A DNA stretch of 64,000 bases, from NCBI GenBank assembly GCA_964016885.1, contig OZ024763.1:18910001-18974000 (forward strand), in the 5' to 3' direction. Source of the DNA: Eledone cirrhosa. Its lineage: Eukaryota. Each line of letters begins with the position of its first letter. Position 1 is the first letter of the stretch. The notes beneath the pieces are model-generated. The model ran no database searches. It saw only the letters and a list, made by a program, of their open reading frames with translations, and had not been told where the DNA came from. Positions 39,058-53,984 of this stretch are shown here, piece after piece. The position numbers were made by a program, and so were the translations under genes.

Positions 39058-39584
39058 TATATAGTTACTGTAGGTTCACCAGAGTGACCACTCAATCCGT
39101 AGTTTCCAGTAAGTATAGAGGTGTAGTACTAAGCAGAGTGTAATGACAGTTTCTACTACTTTAGGCACAAGGCCAGCAATTATCCCAGTACATTACTGGT
39201 ACTTTATTTTATCGACCCCATAAGGATGAAAGACAAAGTTAACCTCGGCGGAATTTGAACTCAGAGTGGCGTAAGTATGGGTCAAAGCATAGCCTCCCAC
39301 CCTCTACCGATACTGCCAATCCACCGGCCGCTATTTGCAAATAATGCTCAAATGAAGTGCACAGACACAGACACAGACACACACACACGCACAGACACAC
39401 ACACACACACACATATATATATATGTATAAAGGAAAAGTTAAAAAACAATAACAAGGAGTACAGTTACGAAAAGTGTTTGGTATTAGGTTCACGCTTGAG
39501 AGTGGGGGCTGGGGGACGACGTTTCGGGCATAAACCCTTCATCAGGAGAAAAGTGTGAAGAAAAAGAGTTCCGAGAGGGTGTGA

Positions 39585-39635
<51 letters not shown>

Positions 39636-39649
39636 TATATATATATATA

Positions 39650-40006
39650 TGTAGGAGGTGAGTTTTATTGTAGTACAATAAAGCAATGCAGATATCGGAT
39701 AAGAAGCACTCTACAGTTTGTAGGACTGGAGTATAAATAATATATAAGATCAAAAGATGGTTAAAAGAGTTCCATGTATTTTATTATGCGCATTTCAAAA
39801 ACAAATATCATCATGAGATGACATTTGCGTTTTCGTCAGATAAAATAGGGATACATGATATGAAGGTTAAAAAACACTTGTGAATAGTGAAGTTTTAAAT
39901 CAACATATGTTGATATGTTGATTTAAAACTTCACTATTCACAAGTGTTTTTGAAATGCGCATAATAAAATACATGGAACTCTTTTAACCATCTTTTGATC
40001 TTATAT

Positions 40007-40010
<4 letters not shown>
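39650..40010 (-). mobile_element. Family D fold-back element; intact hammerhead (CTGACGA) on minus strand ~39777-39848, deleted short arm
   Basis: Minus: tattttat-CTGACGA-..-GAAATGCGCATA-ataaaata; plus arm 39913-40008 jumps from aagtgttttt directly to gaaatgcgc. Confidence 0.85.
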
Positions 40011-40043
<33 letters not shown>

Positions 40044-40430
40044 GGAGAGTGGTTGCGAGCTTGATGTCTTGAAGATGTTCGGCAAATCTGTCCTGGCTTC
40101 TTGTCCGCCTGTTTGTCTGATAAAGACGGACATTAAGATGATACATTACATTACATTAGAGTATAGTATATATAATAGAAGCGACGTCTGGCGGAGAAAC
40201 ACAAAGTTTACGATGTCGTCTGCTGAAACCATGCTACTATTCAAAGTACATTTCCAATGAAAGACACACACACACACACACACGCACACATATGTATATG
40301 TACACTTATGTATCATATGTATATATATATATATGCACATATTTACACATATGTGTGTGTGTATATATATATATACATACATTTATCTGTTTACATATAT
40401 GTACACACACACATTTATGTATGTGCGATA

Positions 40431-40462
<32 letters not shown>

Positions 40463-40529
40463 TTATATATATGTTCTCTCTCTCTCTCTCATACATATAT
40501 ATATATATTTATATATATGTGTGTGTGTG

Positions 40530-40562
<33 letters not shown>

Positions 40563-41369
40563 TTACTGTATATAATAGATGTAATGTGTAGTGAAAAGTC
40601 CAAACTTTATGATGTCGTCTGCTCTCATTCAAAGAATATTTCCACTGAAACACATTTGGCTCGTTTTCAATATATTACTCGGTGTTGTATGATATCGATT
40701 TCTCTTTCATCGATTCTCTTATAGCTTATTGATTTGATCGGAATAAAGCGGCTCTTTTATAATGAAATTACTCGTAAATTACCAGCGTGAGCGTGTGTAT
40801 GTATAGGTAATGTGTGTATTTATGTGTGTATGTGTGTATAGGCAATGCATGTATGTATGTGTGTATGTACGTATGTGTGTATGTATGTATGTGTAAGTAA
40901 TGCGTATATGTGTGTATGTATGTATGTGTAAGTAATGCGTATATGTGTGTATGTGTGTGTGTGTGTGTGTATGTGTGTGTGTGTGTATGTATGCATGTGT
41001 GTATGTATAGGTAATGTGTATATATGTATGGTAGTGTAAGTAATGCGTATATGTATGTATATGTATGTATAAGTAATATGTACATGTATGTGTGTGTGTG
41101 TGTGTATGTATACGTGTGTGTGTGTGTTTGCGTGTGTATGTGAATATGTCTGTGTGTGTTTGTATGTATGTGAGTGTATGTATGCGTATGGAAGTAATGT
41201 ATGTATATGTACATATGTATGTAGGCATGTGTGTATGTATGTATGTGTGTGTGTGTATGTGTGTATATATATATTATATGTCTATCTATATATGAATGTA
41301 TATATGTATCTAGCCCTGGGTCTATTACCACCTTTACTGGCCTAGGTTTCACATCTGGTATGACTCATT

Positions 41370-41635
41370 ATTACATCTGGCCTGGTTTGAGCCAATTACC
41401 AGATTAGTTGACCTTCCTTTCACTTCCTGACTGGGCTTATTACCAGCATTGAGGAGCCTATATATTACATCTGGCCTGGTTTGAGCCAATTACCAGTTTA
41501 GTTGACATTCCTTTCACCTCTTAACTGGGCTTATTATTAGCTTTAAGGAGCCTATATATTACATCTGGCCTGGTTTGAGCCAATTACCAGTTTAGTTGAC
41601 TCTCGTTTCATCTCTTGACTGGGCTTATTATCAGT
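41370..41635. repeat. 94-bp tandem repeat, ~3 copies
   Basis: ttacatctgg at 41371, 41465, 41559. Confidence 0.9.
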
Positions 41636-41995
41636 TTTGTGGGTTTCGTTTGGTATGTTTCATATTTACGCAGTCCTTGTAAATTCTCTATATAATATAC
41701 TTCGGCTGCTTATGGCACAATTATATATATATATATAATATATATGTATGTATATGTATATATATCTGTATGTATATGTATATATATCTGTATGTATATG
41801 TGTATATATCTGTATGTATATGTGTATATATCTGTATGTATATGTATATATATCTGTATGTATATGTATATATATCTATGTATATGTGTATATATCTGTA
41901 TGTATATGTGTATATATCTGTATGTATATGTGTATATATATATGTATGTATATGTATATATATAATTGTATGTATATGTGTATATATCTGTATGC

Positions 41996-42027
<32 letters not shown>

Positions 42028-42158
42028 ATGTATGTATATATGTATATATCTGTATGCATATATATATATATATGTGTGTGTGTATGTATATGTGTATATA
42101 TCTATATGCATATATATATATATATATATATCGGTATTTATATATATATATATATTGG

Positions 42159-42205
<47 letters not shown>

Positions 42206-42583
42206 CGGTTTTTATATATATATATATATCTATGTATATATGTCTCTCTGTACACACATATATATATACACACACATCCAAATGGAATTCACAGCAAGTC
42301 CATTGTACGTTAGAGGACATATCTGGTGTAAACACAGCTAATCTATCTGCCTCTACGCTCTGGTGCTCATCCGTTCATAAGTTTACCGCTTTAAGGGGTG
42401 AGGGCTGGGCCGGGTGGGCTTGGGGTGTATTTTAGCACGTGACCTAGATACCCTAGATATACATATAGATATATATATACACACCTTCATATATACATAC
42501 GAACGTGTATATGTGGATGTACACGGATGCTGAAGTAAACATGAGTAAACGACGACACACAAAATACTTATTTACTAACGTAA

Positions 42584-43555
<972 letters not shown>

Positions 43556-43856
43556 GGAAAAAATGAAACGAAATTTCATTTCTCACTCTTAGTACGGCTG
43601 TTACTTAAATATAAGTGCATATATGTATACAGACGTACAGTAGTATGTATATATATATACATACATGCACACATATATATATGTACGTATGGGTTTACCG
43701 AACATTTATTATAATGGTCGGTTTGTTTGTAAACAAACAGCTCGAATTAAGCCGTACAGTGTTTAGCAACCATCGTTGCCCTTTTGTTCAACACTGACAA
43801 AGGAACGATGAACTGTTTCTAGCTTATAGAACTGTTTCATTCTTGAGAAATCATCA

Positions 43857-43909
43857 GGGATTCCTGATGATTTCTCAAGAATGAAACAGTTCTAGTCCTG
43901 TAGAATCTC
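43857..43909 (+). ncRNA. Canonical-core type I hammerhead ribozyme, GUA triplet, with 31-bp fold-back (43827-43894)
   Basis: GGGATTC-CTGATGA-T-TTC-tcaa-GAA-T-GAA-ACAG-ttctagtc-CTGT-A-GAATCTC; 7-bp stem I, 4-bp stem III. Confidence 0.85.
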
Positions 43910-44603
43910 GTCTATATTAAAACTTTTATACTCTTCTATGTATTGAATACCTTACTTATTGTGGTTACCTCCGATTCAACCCGGAATAACTTACCTATAT
44001 GTATATACGCATCCTTCGACTCATTAATTATCGATAAAAATCGGGGGGGTGGGGGGTGAAACCTTGTGTAGGAGAAATCTTCTTAGACCTGGTTTATATC
44101 ACGTTTGGTACTCATACACACATACACACACACATATTTATACACAGACATACACCCGTACCTATATCCACACACACACACACACATACATACACACACA
44201 CACACGCACATGCACACACACATACATGCACACACACAGACACATACATGCACACACATACACGCACACACATACACGCACACAAACATACAGGCACACA
44301 TACATGCACACACACACGCACACACAAACACACATGCATGCTCACACACGAGCATACACATACATTTACTCACGAGCATATACATACATACACAGACTAT
44401 CATATCCTTCACATCTTCCTGCTCCCCCCTCTTCCCCCACGTCCCCTTCCTACCTCCCTCTACCCCCTCTACCCCCTCCCCCTCCTCCTCCCCATCATTC
44501 CACCATTAGCACCCCCCCTCGCTACTCCCCCACGCACTCCACACTGTTTACTGAAATATTTGTTGCTAGGAAACTCTAAAACGGGACTTCGTGAGATCTG
44601 GAA

Positions 44604-44643
<40 letters not shown>

Positions 44644-45280
44644 CGTGGGTGTTTGTACGTGTGTATGTAGTTGTGTGTGTATGCGTGTGTATGTATTTGT
44701 GTATGTTTGTGTGTGTGTATGCGTGTGTATGTACTTGTGTGTGTATGCGTGTGTATGTACTTGTGTATGTTTGTGTGTGTATGCGTGTGTATGTACTTGT
44801 GTGTGTATGCGTGTGTGTGAGTGTGTATGTTTGCACGAGTGTGTGTATGGACGTATTTGTTTTTGTGTATGAGTGTGTATAGGCACGAGTGTGTGCGTGT
44901 GTGTGTTTATGTGTGTGTATGTGTGTACGTATGTACCCGTCGAATAAGTTCGCTTCAGTATCATTAGGCTACGGGTTCGATCCTACAGATGGCACACTGC
45001 AACTATATAAATATATATATATATTTAGATATACGTATGTACGAAGGGTCCATACGTACGTGCGCGCGCGCGCGCGCGCGCACACACACACACACACACA
45101 TAAACACACGTACACATGCATACACACGTACACACAAACATGAAAGTATGTATATAAAATTTAGGTCTAACATCGTTCGTACCTGTCCTCATTAACGCAC
45201 CAAGGTCACGAACAATCATTCCTTCTGACCTCCTTCCTCCTGCCTTTTTCATCAACTTTTTTTTTAAAATATGGGGACTA

Positions 45281-45356
<76 letters not shown>

Positions 45357-45388
45357 GTCTGCATGTCTGCAGACAGACAAGCAGACAC

Positions 45389-45957
45389 AAATTTTAGTAA
45401 GTAAGTTAATTTTTATAATTTTCTTATTTTACGTCTTTCATATAATTGTTCTGCATCCCCTTGCATTGAACCACAAAGTTACTAAGACAAACCTATATAT
45501 TGGGCTAGCATAGGTATGCATCTGTATATATATATTGGTAGATATACTAATTCTTTATAATTATCTCCAAATTATTTTGTTGAGCAAAAATTTGCCAAAA
45601 CTGCTACTATAGTTCATAGTAATAGTTCGGCTACTGTCTTCTTAACACCCCACTCCTCACTGATTAACCTCGATGTCACATGATTGATTCTTTTGAATTT
45701 GCCACCGACCAAGTAGGGAGTGATTTTTTTCAATGTCTTAGAATTTAGTTCACGCTTGCTTTTTTCCATCCACTGAATTATTTTTATATAAGTTCCCTGT
45801 GTCCACGCACTGCCTGGGAACTTAGCTGAGAATAGACTTCCTAATGACGAAAGGCCTTCTCCATGTGTTTCATTCGGAAACCATGTTTATTCCCTTTCAG
45901 AAACTAATTAGTTGGAGTGAAATTTTAGTAAGTTAATTTTTATAATTTTATTTTACG

Positions 45958-45962
<5 letters not shown>
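45389..45962 (+). mobile_element. pLTR-like unit with terminal direct repeat and core-mutated hammerhead (45836-45918)
   Basis: aaattttagtaag..ttttacgtcttt at 45389-45438 and 45920-45962; ACTTC-CTAATGA-c-GAAAGG..CCTTTC-a-GAA-ACTAATTAGT-T-GGAGT. Confidence 0.7.
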
Positions 45963-46025
<63 letters not shown>

Positions 46026-46073
46026 TATATATATATATATATAATGTATATATATATATAATGTATATATATA

Positions 46074-46104
<31 letters not shown>

Positions 46105-46128
46105 CATTATATATATATATATATAATG

Positions 46129-46162
<34 letters not shown>

Positions 46163-46375
46163 ATATATATTATATATATATATACATTATATATATATAT
46201 AATGTATATATATATAATGTATATATATATAATGTATATATATATAATGTATATATATATATATATATTATATATATATATACATTATATATATATATAA
46301 TGTATATATATATAATGTATATATATATAATGTATATATATATAATGTATATATATAATGTATATATATATAATG

Positions 46376-46413
<38 letters not shown>

Positions 46414-46451
46414 ATACATTATATATATATATAATGTATATATATATAATG

Positions 46452-46502
<51 letters not shown>

Positions 46503-46687
46503 TATATATATATATATATATATACATTATATATATATATATATATATATATACATTATATATATATATATATATACATTATATATATATATATATATAT
46601 ATATACATTATATATATATATATATATATATATACATTATATATATATATATATATATATACATTATATATATATATATATATATAC

Positions 46688-46724
<37 letters not shown>

Positions 46725-46749
46725 TATATATATAATGTATATATATATA

Positions 46750-46787
<38 letters not shown>

Positions 46788-46802
46788 TATATATATATAC
46801 AT

Positions 46803-46833
<31 letters not shown>

Positions 46834-46842
46834 CATTATATA

Positions 46843-46906
<64 letters not shown>

Positions 46907-46990
46907 TATATATATATATATAATATATATATACATTATATATATATATATATATATATACATTATATATATATATATATATATATACAT

Positions 46991-47052
<62 letters not shown>

Positions 47053-47102
47053 TATATATATATATATATATATATATACATTATATATATATATATATAT
47101 AC

Positions 47103-47141
<39 letters not shown>

Positions 47142-47919
47142 TATATATATATATATATATATACATTATATATATATATATATATATACATTATATATAT
47201 ATATATATATACATTATATATATATATATATACATTATATATATATATATATATACATTATATATATATATATATACATTATATATATATATATATATAT
47301 ACATTATATATATATATATATATATACATTATATATATATTTATATATATACATTATATATATATATATATATACATTATATATATATTTATATATATAC
47401 ATTATATATATATATATATATACATTATATATATATATATATATACATTATATATATTATATATATATACATATATACATTATATATATATATATACATA
47501 TATACATTATATATATATATATATATACATTATATATATATATATATATATACATTATATATATATATATATATACATTATATATATATATATATACATT
47601 ATATATATATATATATATATACATTATATATATATATATATATACATTATATATATATATATATATACATTATATATATATATATATATACATTATATAT
47701 ATATATATATATACATTATATATATATATATATATACATTATATATATATATATATACATTATATATATATACATTATATATATATTTATATATATACAT
47801 TATATATATATATATATATACATTATATATATATATATATATACATTATATATATATATATATATATACATTATATATATATATATATATATACATTATA
47901 TATATATATATATATATAC

Positions 47920-47966
<47 letters not shown>

Positions 47967-48015
47967 TATATATATATATATATATTTATATACATTATAT
48001 ATATATATATATATA
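45963..48015. repeat. 2-kb (TA)n array with CATT/AATG interruptions
   Basis: Direct inspection. Confidence 0.95.
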
Positions 48016-49840
48016 GTTATTTATTTATTTATTTAGAGAGAGAGAGATATATATATAGATATATGTCAAAGATTTTATGTGCGTGTATATGCGTATGTCC
48101 GTTCGAACTCCTCCAGTGTGTGCGTTTACGCGCATATCTGTTCGTTTACATGTATGTATGTATATATGTGTGTATGTATGTATAAGTATGATGTGGGGGG
48201 GTTCGTGAGTCACATCCGTGTGACCTGTCCACAAGCAGACGATAACCAAAAACAAAACCCGCCGGTGTCATAGGAGGGGAGGGAGAGAAAGGAGGGAGAA
48301 GGAAGGCGAAAGACAAGGTTAATATGAAAAACAAACAAGCGAAACGAAGTGTGTGAATATATTCCATTCCAGTCTTTATTTCACCCAAAATATTTTACGA
48401 AGAAGCAAATATTTTCTGAAGATTTCTCCGTTATCAGATTTCCAAAATAAATTGTATTTCGTTTGAGGTCACGTTTCAGGTGAGGACTGGAGGGGTAGTG
48501 AATGAGGGAGGGGGAAGGGAGATATACTAAAAAAAAACAAAAAAACTAAACAAAACCTAACAAAAAGCCCCCCAAAACGAAAAATTCCAAACAAAAAATT
48601 CCTTCCAAAATGAAGGAAAAGCAAGAGAAAAATGAAAGCCGCGAGAAGCAGACGGTAGACGCTGTTTGCGTTGATGTTTCGGTTTTTCAGGGTCAATTTA
48701 TTGATTTACACCGTGCTTCCTGACTAGAGAATATTTTCTAGAAAATTTTCTTATTCTTTCGATGAAAGAGGGTCCTGTCATCATCATCATCGTCATCATC
48801 ATCATCATCATCATCATCGTCATCATCATAATCATCATCATAATCATCATCGTCATCATCATAATCATCATCATCATCATCGTCATCATCATCGTCTTCA
48901 TTTTCATCATATAGTCGTTATCATCATCATCGTCGTCATGATGGCTTCGTTAACGAAGATTTATGAATTGGTGGTGGTTGTGGTCGTGCTGCTGGTGGTG
49001 ATGATGGTGGGTGGTGGTGATTGTGGGTAGTGGGTGGTGTTGTTGATGATGATTGTTGGTGGTGGTGGTGGGTAGATATTGTGTTGTTGATGATGGTAGT
49101 TGGTGGTGGTGGTGGTGGTGGGTAGATATGGTGTTGTTGATGATAGTAGTTGGTGGTGTTGATGGTGTTGGGTAGTGCTGGTGGTGGTGGTGTTGGTGTT
49201 GATGGTGGTGGTGGGGTAGATATGGTGTGATGGTGTTGGGTAGTGTTGGTGATGGTGGTGATGATGGTGGTAATGAATGGTGTAGGGTAGTGGTAGTGTT
49301 GTTGATGGTGGCGTTGGTGGTGGTGGTGATGGTGGTAGGTAGTGGTATTGTTGGTGATCGCGCGATGGTAGAGGTCGTGATGGTGATAGTGGTGGTGGTG
49401 ATAATGGTGGTGGATAGTGGTAGTGTTGTTGATGGTGGTGTTGGCAGGGGTGATGTTGGTGGTGATGGTAGAGATGGTGATGGTGCTGATGGTGTTTGGT
49501 ATTGGTATTGTTGGTGATCGTGATGGTAGTAGTGGTATTGTTGATGATGGTGGTATTGTTAGTGGTAGTAGTAGTAGTAGTAGTAGTAGTAGTGATGGTA
49601 GTGATAGTGATGGTAGTGGTAGTGGTATTGTTGGTGGTGATGGTGTTGGGTAGTGGTATTGTTGGTGATGGTAGTAGTGGTATTGTTAGTGGTAGTGGTA
49701 GTAGTAGTGATGGTCGTGGTAGTGGTATTGTTGGTGATGGGTGGCGATGGTGTTGGGTAGTGATATTGTTTGTGGCGCCAGTAGTAGTAGTAGTGATGGT
49801 AGTACTGGTAGTGTTGGTCTCTTCAGGTCCGTTACAGGCT

Positions 49841-51808
49841 AACGTCTGACGTGACCAATATATAGGACAGACAACGTCTGACGTGACCAATATATAGGAC
49901 AGACAACGTCTGACGTGACCAATATATAGGATAGACAATGTCTGACGTGACCAATATATAGGACAGACAACGTCTGACGTGACCAATATATAGGACAGAC
50001 GGGCTGACGTGACCAATATATAGGACAGACGGGCTGACGTGACCAATATATAGGACAGACAACGTCTGACGTGACCAATATATAGGACAGACAACGTCTG
50101 ACGTGACCAATATATAGGACAGACAACGTCTGCCGTGACCAATATATAGGACAGACAACGGCTGACGTGACCAATATATAGGACAGACAACGTCTGACGT
50201 GACCAATATATAGGACAGACAACGGCTGACGTGACCAATATATAGGACAGACAACGTCTGACGTGACCAATATATAGGACAGACGGGCTGACGTGACCAA
50301 TATATAGGACAGACAACGTCTGACGTGACCAATATATAGGACAGACAACGTCTGACGTGACCAATATATAGGACAGACAACGTCTGCCGTGACCAATATA
50401 TAGGACAGACAACGGCTGACGTGACCAATATATAGGACAGACGGGCTGACGTGACCAATATATAGGACAGACAACGTCTGACGTGACCAATATATAGGAC
50501 AGACAACGGCTGACGTGACCAATATATAGGACAGACAACGTCTGACGTGACCAATATATAGGACAGACAACGTCTGACGTGACCAATATATAGGACAGAC
50601 GGGCTGACGTGACCAATATATAGGACAGACAACGGCTGACGTGACCAATATATAGGACAGACGGGCTGACGTGACCAATATATAGGACAGACAACGTCTG
50701 ACGTGACCAATATATAGGACAGACGGGCTGACGTGACCAATATATAGGACAGACAACGTCTGACGTGACCAATATATAGGACAGACAACGGCTGACGTGA
50801 CCAATATATAGGACAGACAACGTCTGACGTGACCAATATATAGGACAGACAACGGCTGACGTGACCAATATATAGGACAGACAACGTCTGCCGTGACCAA
50901 TATATAGGACAGACAACGTCTGACGTGACCAATATATAGGACAGACAACGGCTGACGTGACCAATATATAGGACAGACGGGCTGACGTGACCAATATATA
51001 GGACAGACAACGTCTGACGTGACCAATATATAGGAAAGACAACGGCTGACGTGACCAATATATAGGACAGACAACGTCTGACGTGACCAATATATAGGAC
51101 AGACAACGGCTGACGTGACCAATATATAGGACAGAACGTCTGACGTGACCAATATATAGGACAGACAACGTCTGAAGTGACCAATATATAGGACACAACG
51201 GCTGACGTGACCAATATATAGGACAGACAACGGCTGACGTGACCAATATATAAGACAGACGGGCTGACGTGACCAATATATAGGACAGACAACGGCTGAC
51301 GTGACCAATATATAGGACAGACAACGGCTAACGTGACCAATATATAGGACAGACAACGGCTGACGTGACCAATATATAGGACAGACAACGGCTGACGTGA
51401 CCAATATATAGGACAGACAACATCTGACGTGACCAATATATAGGACAGACAACGGCTGACGTGACCACTATATAGGACACAACGGCTGACGTGACCACTA
51501 TATAGGACAGACAACGGCTGACGTGACCAATATATAGGACAGACAACGTCTGACGTGACCAATATATAGGACAGACAACGGCTGACGTGACCAATATATA
51601 GGACAGACAACGGCTGACGTGACCAATATATAGGACAGACAACGGCTGACGTGACCAATATATAGGACAGACAACGGCTGACGTGACCAATATATAGGAC
51701 AGACAACGGCTGACGTGACCAATATATAGGACAGACAACGGCTGACGTGACCAATATATAGGACAGACAACGTCTGACGTGACCAATATATAGGACAGAC
51801 AACGGCTG
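49841..51808. repeat. 32/30-bp minisatellite (~62 units)
   Basis: Unit tgacgtgaccaatatataggacagacaacgKc (32 nt) or ..gacagacgggc (30 nt). Confidence 0.97.
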
Positions 51809-51891
51809 CTGCCAGAGAGAATTATGTTCTAGGTTCAATGTTTCTGTCACATTTCTTCCTCTCATCCTTTTTGTCCTCCTCTTCACCTCCT

Positions 51892-52091
51892 NNNNNNNNN
51901 NNNNNNNNNNNNNNNNNNNNNNNNNNNNNNNNNNNNNNNNNNNNNNNNNNNNNNNNNNNNNNNNNNNNNNNNNNNNNNNNNNNNNNNNNNNNNNNNNNNN
52001 NNNNNNNNNNNNNNNNNNNNNNNNNNNNNNNNNNNNNNNNNNNNNNNNNNNNNNNNNNNNNNNNNNNNNNNNNNNNNNNNNNNNNNNNNNN
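51892..52091. other. Assembly gap (200 N)
   Basis: Run of N. Confidence 1.
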
Positions 52092-52111
52092 ATCATTGAT
52101 TGTTCAACGGC

Positions 52112-52157
<46 letters not shown>

Positions 52158-52163
<6 letters not shown>

Positions 52164-52541
52164 TATTGAAGTTTGCTTGAAGCATTGTGGAACAATAAGT
52201 AAATATTTATAAGTCGTTTGGAAGCCTCGACAATGCAAATGGGTAAATCTCCGGGTAACAAGGTCCGGTGGTGGAGAGAGAGATATGTAAGTGGGTGTAC
52301 GTTGAGATGCGTGGTGTGTATAAGATGTGTGAGATGTGTAGAATGAAGGGAAGAGTAAAAGAGTTGTTATTATTATTTTTATTCTTTTACTCTTCCCTTC
52401 ATTCTACACATCTCACACATCTTATACACGCCACGCATCTCAACGTACACCCACTTACATATCTCTCTCTCCACCACCGGACCTTGTTACCCGGAGATTT
52501 ACCCATTTGCATTGTCGAGGCTTCCAAACGACTTATAAATA
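52158..52541. mobile_element. Family H fold-back element (159-bp arms, 20-nt spacer), no hammerhead core seen
   Basis: 52204-52362 is the reverse complement of 52383-52541; (TA)n both sides. Confidence 0.8.
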
Positions 52542-52559
52542 TATATATATATATATATA

Positions 52560-52748
52560 TAGGAACCAGTAAGACCCCGACAGCTGAGCTCAAGCCGTTT
52601 CGACGGCTAATTCTGCAGAATTAGCCGTCGAAACGGCTTGAGCTCAGCTGTCGGCGTCTTACTGGTTCCTATTACCCACTCTACTACCTCAAGTATTGAG
52701 TACTTTGGTGCGTTATGGTCCACCTGGTTCCTTACCACATTTCCTTCG

Positions 52749-52751
<3 letters not shown>
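52560..52751 (+). mobile_element. Family B fold-back element
   Basis: Palindrome centred on ctgcag (52613-52618), long arm ends ccttcgtta then (TA)n. Confidence 0.85.
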
Positions 52752-52782
<31 letters not shown>

Positions 52783-52984
52783 GAAAGGTATAAAAAGTAT
52801 TGTAGCAAGAAGCCAACAGTATTCCATAATATATAAGTGACTATAGCGTCAAAATGGGAAAATAGTTAACGTAAGATGTGGGAAAAATAATTCAAACTCA
52901 ATTCAAAAAGAATCAGGATATAGATTTATCCAACAGAATTTAGTGAAATCCAGGGAAAAATCAATAGATATATATATAGTCTAT

Positions 52985-53330
52985 CTTTGTCTAGCGTGTT
53001 CATATAATACTATTCTCTCTCCTATGGTTCGATCTGTCTCACCTCTGTATGTCGTTGGCATGTTTCTGCAAATACCCTCTTACATCTTATGCTATAGACT
53101 ACATTTCTAGTTTTACAATTTATTTGAGGATTTATTCTACATATAACACATTTCTTATTCATACAGAGAGTTTTCTTAAAGGGGTATGTTTTGCTGGTAA
53201 GGGATTTTATGGAAGTTCCTGGTTTTTCTACCACTTTACTCTTTAGATGTGTCTTTCTTAGGGCCTTTCTAAATTGGTTAGCTAATTTCCCTCCAGGGGT
53301 TGCATCCACGAACATCACACTGGTATCTCT
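52985..53330 (-). pseudogene. Penelope-like element linker plus GIY-YIG endonuclease fragment
   Basis: MFVDATPGGKLA..KVVEKPGTSIKS..PF..C....C..C......CKTRNVVYSIRC, then after a frameshift YRGETDRTIGERI..EH. Confidence 0.85.
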
Positions 53331-53984
53331 GGTTGTTGTACCATGAAGTAGCTTTCCCTATTTTATGTTTAGTCCTATCTATGCTCCTGTACACACACAT
53401 CTACTGAGTTCCATGGCTTTAGAATTTTAGCATAAAGTTACACCTTGGTTAACGATAGTAGTTATTACTTCGGTTTTAAAACACTATTATTTAACAGTAC
53501 GTAAAGGGACGTAATTCTATGCTGGAAAGCACGGTAGAGAGTCGAACGCCACGCTTTCCAGCACAGAGTTACGTTCCTTTACGGACTGAGTTCAAATCCC
53601 GCCGAGGTTAACTTTGCCTTTCATCCTTACGGGGGTCAATATAATAAAGTACCAGTAATGTACTGGGTAGGCTAATTACTGGCCTTGTGCCAAAAATTGA
53701 AACAATTATTTAGCAGTAAAATAAACTTCCGGGACCCCTACTAGAGTTATGTCCCTTTAGTGTTTACCGGTAAAATAAGCTTAAAAAGCATGTTTGTCTA
53801 TTTTGCCATGGACTGGCTACGTAGTGTATTAAAAAAAATTAATTAAACAAAACAAAATCTCATGTCCATTTATCTATTTTAAATAGTTTTTATTCAAAAC
53901 CCCTTCCCAATCCTAACCCAGCACCCTTCACACACACATATATACGCTCAAACACATACATACACACACATACACACATATACA

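Noticed and set aside
39505-39556. Minus-strand CTGATGA-AGGG..CCC-GAAAC core (relative at 6055-6095 with CTGGGGA)
   Set aside because: Probably a PLE hammerhead remnant, but no convincing stem I plus NUH could be paired, so not called as a ribozyme
48961-52261. Long minus-strand ORFs with Cys/His repeats
   Set aside because: Frame-cycling translation of the 32/30-bp minisatellite, microsatellite and N gap
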